This document shows, in pieces, positions 38,131 to 43,525 of a stretch of DNA of 43,525 bases. Numbering within the stretch: position 1 is the stretch's first letter; every line of letters begins with the position of its first letter. The notes beneath the pieces are model-generated. The model did not search any database and had not been told where the DNA came from. It saw nothing but the letters and a program-made list of their open reading frames with translations. The DNA comes from Candidatus Oleincola secundus (GTDB lineage Bacteria; Atribacterota; Phoenicimicrobiia; Phoenicimicrobiales; Stramentimicrobiaceae), in assembly GCA_018400815.1 (NCBI GenBank), contig JAGYLS010000009.1:1-43525 (forward strand), written 5' to 3'. A program made the translations under genes and the position numbers.

Positions 38131-39120
38131 ATGTTATCAAAAAAGGATATGAATAACCAGAAGAATAGTGATAGTAAAGGAAAATCAAAGAAATCAATAA
38201 TATATTTTATATTAAATAACCCTGCTTTTAGTGCATTAATATTTTTACTCATCTTTTTTGCTATTATTAGCAGTCGATTTTTTAGTCTCTATAATATGAT
38301 CAACATCTTAACCCAGGTTTCCATTACGGCAATTATTGCTTTTGGCATGACATTTGTTATCACCTCTGCCAATATTGATTTATCCGTAGGTTCAGTCTTG
38401 GCTTTATCTGGAATGATCTTCATGGCTCTCTCAGTAGCGGGGGTTAATGTCTTATTGGGCTTTCTTATTACAATTGCTATAGGCGCACTTATCGGCTTAT
38501 TTGACGGTTTTATGGTTACTTTTTTTAAATTACCCTCTTTTATTGCGACTTTGGCAATGATGACCATTGCAAGAGGTCTGGCTTTATTGATGAGAGGTGG
38601 AACTACGATTAGCCAGGGAATACAGCCTTCATACTACTGGCTTGGTCAGGCAAAGATTGGAATTATCCCAGTGCCGGTTATTGCCCTTCTTGTTATCTTT
38701 TTAGTGATGGAATTTTTAATGAGCCGAACAACTTTTGGTACCTACACAAGGGCAATCGGAAGCAATCCGGAGGCAGCAAGGCTAGCCGGTATTTCGAATA
38801 ACCGAATTCTATTGATAATTTTTGCTATTATTGGTATTTGTTCTGCTATTGCAGGAATTATAACTGCTTCCAGGCTCGGTGTTGGTAGCCCCATTACCGG
38901 TCAGATGAAAGAATTGGATGCAATTACGGCTGTTATCCTGGGTGGTACAGCAATGACTGGTGGTATAGGAACAATAAAGGGGACATTCGTTGGTGCACTT
39001 GTGGTTACCATTTTAAATAATGGATTGACAATTATGGGCGTATCTTCTTATTGGCAACAAATAATGCTTGGTCTGGTGTTGATTGGTGCTTTGGCTATTA
39101 AGAGGTTCCAGCGCCAATAA
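38131..39120 (+). CDS. Sugar ABC transporter permease (RbsC-like)
   Basis: IDLSVGS, PSFIATL, GSNPEAARLAGI, ELDAITAVILGG. Confidence 0.93.
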   Translation: MLSKKDMNNQKNSDSKGKSKKSIIYFILNNPAFSALIFLLIFFAIISSRFFSLYNMINILTQVSITAIIAFGMTFVITSANIDLSVGSVLALSGMIFMALSVAGVNVLLGFLITIAIGALIGLFDGFMVTFFKLPSFIATLAMMTIARGLALLMRGGTTISQGIQPSYYWLGQAKIGIIPVPVIALLVIFLVMEFLMSRTTFGTYTRAIGSNPEAARLAGISNNRILLIIFAIIGICSAIAGIITASRLGVGSPITGQMKELDAITAVILGGTAMTGGIGTIKGTFVGALVVTILNNGLTIMGVSSYWQQIMLGLVLIGALAIKRFQRQ

Positions 39121-39223
39121 TAGATGAATTAATACATAAAAATAAAGAGGGGGTATGAAAATATACCCATATATGTAGATTTTATTTAGGTATTTACAGG
39201 GTTTATCAGAAGGTTGAAGGATA

Positions 39224-40753
39224 ATGAAAATAATTGGCATCGACATTGGTACTTCTGGACTAAAGATGTCTGTTTATAATGAAAAAGCGGATATTTTAAA
39301 GAGTGACAGTGCAACTTATACAGTTCAGAGTCCTTTTTCTGGTGTGGTTGAGCTTGACCCAACACTTATTTGGGAATCATTTAAGAAAATATTAAATCGT
39401 CTATTGAATAATCTTAATCAGGAATATACAGAATATGTAATGAGTTTTTCAGTCTTAGGAGACGCACTCATTATTACAGATGAGGCCTTTAATCCAATAG
39501 TTCCTTCGATATTATCTTCAGATACCAGGAGTTCAGGGTATTCTAGAAAAATATCAAAACAACTAAATCTAAAAGAGCTATATTTGAAGACCGGGCGCAT
39601 GCCGCATTCCATGTCAATTTTAAACCGGTTGCTCTGGTTACAGGATTATAATAATAATCTATATGAAAATTCGAGTTGGTTTTTAGATTATCAAAGTTGG
39701 ATTCTAGTAAAATTGGGTTTTAACCCTACGACAGATTATTCATCTGCCTCAGGAACACTTTTCTTTGACATCAATAAAAAATGTTATGATGATGACATTT
39801 TAGATTGGTCAAATATACCTAAGCAGAAGCTGCCTCGTTTAGTTCCTTCGGGAAGATATCTTGGTCAACTATCTGAAGAAATAAAACTGGAATTAGGTTT
39901 TTCTGGAAAAAGTAAAGTAGCTGTTGTTAGTGGTGGGATGGATCAGATATGCAATGCTTTGGGTACCGGAACAGTATCACCAAAAGAAATGGTCTGTTCG
40001 ATAGGAACAGTAGAGGCAACAACAACAATTTTGCCTGATGAAATAGATGACATTAAGTTATTTCCGGGAAATTATTATCGCTCAGTTTCCGCTATTCCCG
40101 AACAATATGTTACCTTTAGTTTCTTATGGGCAGGAGGTGGATCACTCAGGTGGTATAGGGACAATTTGGGAGATTATAATAGAAAAATCACTGAGCAAGC
40201 CAATAATAATTTATATAAAGAGTTAATCGGAGAAGAAATAAATCCGAGTAAAGAGTTATTTTTACCCTATCTTTCAGGAACCGGACCACCTTTCTGGGAT
40301 TCTATGGCTAGAGGAACATACTTAGGTTTAAATCTTTCTTCTGGTAAGCAGAATTTCGTTGATGCCATATTGGAAGGCGTTTCTTTTGATTTGAGATACA
40401 ATTTGGAACAATTGCAAAAGGCCGGTATAGAGGTTGAAAAAATATGTGTGGTGGGAGGCGGATCCAGATCTTCCAAATGGCTTCAAATAAAATCTGATAT
40501 TGTTAAAAAACCAATATTCAGATTAGAAAGGCAGGAAGGAGGCTCCTTGGGTGCTGCTTTATTGGCTGGTTATGGTAGAGGATTATATCAAGATTTAACT
40601 GAAATTGCCAAAAAGGTAAACAAAATAAATAAAGTATTCTACCCCTCTGACAGGTTTATAGAAATTTATGATAAGAAGTATGAAATATTTAAAGAAGCAT
40701 ATATTAAATTAAGGGGTATCAATAAAAAAATCAATTCAATTTTTAGAAGATAG
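39224..40753 (+). CDS. FGGY-family carbohydrate kinase (1)
   Basis: GIDIGTSGLK, GMDQ, LPYLSG, GGGSRS..W.QIKSD. Confidence 0.92.
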   Translation: MKIIGIDIGTSGLKMSVYNEKADILKSDSATYTVQSPFSGVVELDPTLIWESFKKILNRLLNNLNQEYTEYVMSFSVLGDALIITDEAFNPIVPSILSSDTRSSGYSRKISKQLNLKELYLKTGRMPHSMSILNRLLWLQDYNNNLYENSSWFLDYQSWILVKLGFNPTTDYSSASGTLFFDINKKCYDDDILDWSNIPKQKLPRLVPSGRYLGQLSEEIKLELGFSGKSKVAVVSGGMDQICNALGTGTVSPKEMVCSIGTVEATTTILPDEIDDIKLFPGNYYRSVSAIPEQYVTFSFLWAGGGSLRWYRDNLGDYNRKITEQANNNLYKELIGEEINPSKELFLPYLSGTGPPFWDSMARGTYLGLNLSSGKQNFVDAILEGVSFDLRYNLEQLQKAGIEVEKICVVGGGSRSSKWLQIKSDIVKKPIFRLERQEGGSLGAALLAGYGRGLYQDLTEIAKKVNKINKVFYPSDRFIEIYDKKYEIFKEAYIKLRGINKKINSIFRR

Positions 40754-40845
40754 TAAAAATAAAATATAGAGAAAGTATAATTTATTTTATTTCTAAAATT
40801 GACCAAATAAGTTATTTAGATTTTTTAAACTAAGGAGAATTCTGT

Positions 40846-42378
40846 ATGCAAATTTTAGGAATTGATTTAGGCACTACTGGTACAAAAGCGGTATTATACG
40901 ATATTAATGGAAAGATTGTTAGTGAGAGCTATACTGAATATTCTGTATCAACACCTCAATCTGGTTGGGTTGAATTGGACCCTCTCCTGATTTGGGATGC
41001 TCTCAAAGATAATATTTCAAAAAATGTAAACTATTCAAAAGAAAAGAATTTCGCTATGAGTTTTTCTGTTTTAGGTGATGCAGTTATTCCTATAGGAAAA
41101 GATAATGCAATATTGTATCCTGCAATGCTATCTGCTGATATACGCAGCTCTAAATATGTAAAACAAGTAGAGGAACGTTTTGGAGATAAGTACATTTTTG
41201 AATATTCCGGAAGATGGGCACATACAATGTGTCCGTTAACTAAAATTCTCTGGATTAGAGATAATATGCCCGATATTTATAAGAATGCTGCAAAATTTCT
41301 TGATGTATTATCCTGGATCAATTTAAAGCTGGGATTTAGTGCTATAATGGATGGTAGCTCAGCTTCTGCAACTTTATATTATGACATAAATAATAAGAAA
41401 ATAAACGATGAAGTGCTTGAATGGGCTAAAATCGATAAGAAAAAATTGCCTCTGGTAGGCGCAAGTGGTGAACATCTAGGGACTTTGTCCTCAGAAATAG
41501 CAACTGAATTAGGTTTTAAACCTGGTTCAAGGATAGATGTATCTTTGGGTGCTATGGACCAGTTGTGTAACGCACTGGGCACTGGGACGGTAGAGCCGGG
41601 AGATTCGTCCTGTTCTACCGGTACGGTGGAATGTTCAACAATTATATTACCGAAAACAATTAGTGATGATGAGCTATTCAATCATCATTTTATTAAGGTT
41701 CCCACAGCTATTAAAGATCAATTTGCTAATATGACCGTTTTGTGGACCGGGGGAGGTTCCTTGAAATGGTTTAGAAATAATTTTTGTCAGGAAGAGATAA
41801 AAGAAGCCCGGGAAAGAGGAATAAATGTATATGATTTAATTGAGCAAGGGGAAAGACCTATTTCAGATGTTTTTTTTCTTCCTCATTTAGCGGGAAGTGG
41901 TACTCCATGGTGGGACTCTCTTTCGAAAGGGGCATTTATTGGTTTAAGTTTGGCAAGCAATAAGAAGCAAATGATTGATGCTGTTATGGAAGGTGTTACT
42001 TTTAGTTTGGATATTAGTATGAAGGCATTAGAAAAATTAGGATTAGAGAAAAAGAGATTTGCGGTTATCGGTGGTGGCTCAAAATCAGAAAAATGGAATC
42101 AATTGAAAGCAGATATCCTAAATCGAAAAGTAATCAGCATGATATATAAAGAAGGAGGTGCCCTGGGGGCATCTATATTAGCAGGATATGGAATTAGCCT
42201 ATTTAAATCCATGGAATCGAAATCCAAGGAATTGGCTAAAGTTGAAAAGGACTATCTGCCAAATAAAAATAAAGTGAGCCTGTATAACCAAAAATTTGAT
42301 ATATTTAAGGAAATATATCCTGCATTAAAAGATATAAATCATAAGATTTCTGAACTCGATTATTCAAGTTCAGTTTAA
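40846..42378 (+). CDS. FGGY-family carbohydrate kinase (2)
   Basis: GIDLGTTGTK, AMDQ, LPHLAG, GGGSKS..W.QLKAD. Confidence 0.92.
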   Translation: MQILGIDLGTTGTKAVLYDINGKIVSESYTEYSVSTPQSGWVELDPLLIWDALKDNISKNVNYSKEKNFAMSFSVLGDAVIPIGKDNAILYPAMLSADIRSSKYVKQVEERFGDKYIFEYSGRWAHTMCPLTKILWIRDNMPDIYKNAAKFLDVLSWINLKLGFSAIMDGSSASATLYYDINNKKINDEVLEWAKIDKKKLPLVGASGEHLGTLSSEIATELGFKPGSRIDVSLGAMDQLCNALGTGTVEPGDSSCSTGTVECSTIILPKTISDDELFNHHFIKVPTAIKDQFANMTVLWTGGGSLKWFRNNFCQEEIKEARERGINVYDLIEQGERPISDVFFLPHLAGSGTPWWDSLSKGAFIGLSLASNKKQMIDAVMEGVTFSLDISMKALEKLGLEKKRFAVIGGGSKSEKWNQLKADILNRKVISMIYKEGGALGASILAGYGISLFKSMESKSKELAKVEKDYLPNKNKVSLYNQKFDIFKEIYPALKDINHKISELDYSSSV

Positions 42379-42398
42379 TAAAAAACAAGGAGGACTTT

Positions 42399-43235
42399 AT
42401 GTCAAATTTAAAAGAAAAAAGATTAAACAATTTGTTTAATCCCAAGAGTGGTAATTCTTTAATTACTCCAATTGATCATGGTTTTTACATGGGAGCAGTT
42501 AAAGGTCTGGAAGATCCTGTTGCAAAGATTGAAGAGCTAATCAAATATCAGGTTGATGGTACCTTAATGAGTTTTGGGCTAAATAAAATAGCAAGTAAAT
42601 ACTTTGGTACTCAGGACTATTTACCTAAGATCATGACAGCGGATTATGTGATATTTGGAGAAATTCCAGGAGAACCAAAAGGCGTCCTGGCAAATACTTA
42701 TTATTCTTCTGTTGAATTAGCTGCAAAGTATAATTTTGATGCCATAAAGGTTTTATTTTCCTGGGGAACTGATTTAGAACAACAGGTTGACGTAATAAAG
42801 TATATTGGTGCCCTGGTAGAAGAATGCGATGCCTACGAAATGCCTATAATGATTGAACCTGTTCAGATGGGCATGAATCTACCTAAAGAAAAAGGGAAAG
42901 ATCCAAAAGTAATTGTTGATGCCTGTCGTATTGCCCTCGAATTAGGTGCGGACATACTAAAAGCACCATATACCGGAGATAAAGAATCTTTTAGTCAGAT
43001 TACTAAATATTCTCATGTACCGGTAATTATTCTTGGTGGACCCAAGGTTGATTCAATGAAAGAAGTTCTTCAGATGGCTAAGGATTCTCTGGATGCCGGT
43101 GGTAAGGGAACTTGCTTTGGTAGAAACGTCTGGGGAGACCCTGATATGAAAAATATCATTGGTGCATTAAAAGAGATTACCCATGAAAATGCTGAAGTCG
43201 ACGAAGTTTGTAAGAAGTATAATATTAAAAGTTAA
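42399..43235 (+). CDS. DhnA/LsrF-type class I aldolase family protein
   Basis: PIDHG, ELGADILK (Schiff-base Lys), ILGGPK, FGRNVW. Confidence 0.88.
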   Translation: MSNLKEKRLNNLFNPKSGNSLITPIDHGFYMGAVKGLEDPVAKIEELIKYQVDGTLMSFGLNKIASKYFGTQDYLPKIMTADYVIFGEIPGEPKGVLANTYYSSVELAAKYNFDAIKVLFSWGTDLEQQVDVIKYIGALVEECDAYEMPIMIEPVQMGMNLPKEKGKDPKVIVDACRIALELGADILKAPYTGDKESFSQITKYSHVPVIILGGPKVDSMKEVLQMAKDSLDAGGKGTCFGRNVWGDPDMKNIIGALKEITHENAEVDEVCKKYNIKS

Positions 43236-43264
43236 TATATATTTAACTTTTTAATAATGCTATT

Positions 43265-43318
43265 CTAACAACGCAACCCTTTATTATTTTATTAATAACA
43301 AATGGGTTGCGTTGTTAG
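43265..43318. terminator. 15-bp perfect inverted repeat after the sugar operon
   Basis: ctaacaacgcaaccc...gggttgcgttgttag. Confidence 0.6.
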
Positions 43319-43417
43319 TTAAATGCATTAAATATTAAATTAAAACCACAAAAAAAGTACCTTTTATTATTTTAATTTCTAACCAAAAAAATATTTCAAA
43401 TATTTCCCAATATTTTC

Positions 43418-43446
43418 TTGACAACACCCCCCAACTCTGTTACTAT
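43418..43446 (+). promoter_or_regulatory. sigma70 promoter
   Basis: TTGACA-17 nt-TACTAT. Confidence 0.7.
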
Positions 43447-43525
43447 CTAACTTGCCCCTTCTCTCGGGCGACCCCTCAGGGTCTGCCAGATGGGGGTTTT
43501 TGATCCTTGATAAATAAATAGCACC

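Noticed and set aside
1436..41681. Numerous 60-150-aa ORFs overlapping or antisense to clear genes (e.g. 2257-2586, 11703-12119, 28336-28797, 41379-41681)
   Set aside because: Shadow ORFs of well-supported CDSs with no motifs.

Overview
Low-GC chromosomal window from an anaerobic bacterium (lineage not provable from this sequence). Order: 3' end of an N-type F1F0 ATPase operon (atpA', atpG), copA, single-chain PFOR plus a doubly frameshifted dihydroorotate-dehydrogenase-like gene, lgt, a 26-aa membrane micro-ORF, nitroreductase, a Lit/TIGR01906-like protein, a Ser1 proteasome-beta-like Ntn hydrolase and murD. An accessory stretch follows: an AAA_14/DUF4143-type ATPase between ~160-bp direct repeats with REP-like motifs, then exported proteins including SurA-like and Spy/CpxP-like chaperones. 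Next come an RRM protein, tRNA-Arg(ACG)-tadA-tRNA-Ser(CGA), small accessory genes, nth, tRNA-Ser(GGA), large SRP RNA, dnaX-ybaB-recR, porCDAB, pdxST, and a sugar ABC operon with two FGGY kinases and a class I aldolase. Most notable: (1) four copies within 5.5 kb of a decayed IS200/IS605-like non-autonomous element whose double-hairpin end shows compensatory changes and IS608-type AAAG-guide/TTAC geometry; (2) the orphan Ser-nucleophile proteasome homologue; (3) the repeat-bounded, probably leaderless ATPase cassette. No CRISPR array, rRNA or intact transposase/integrase was seen.
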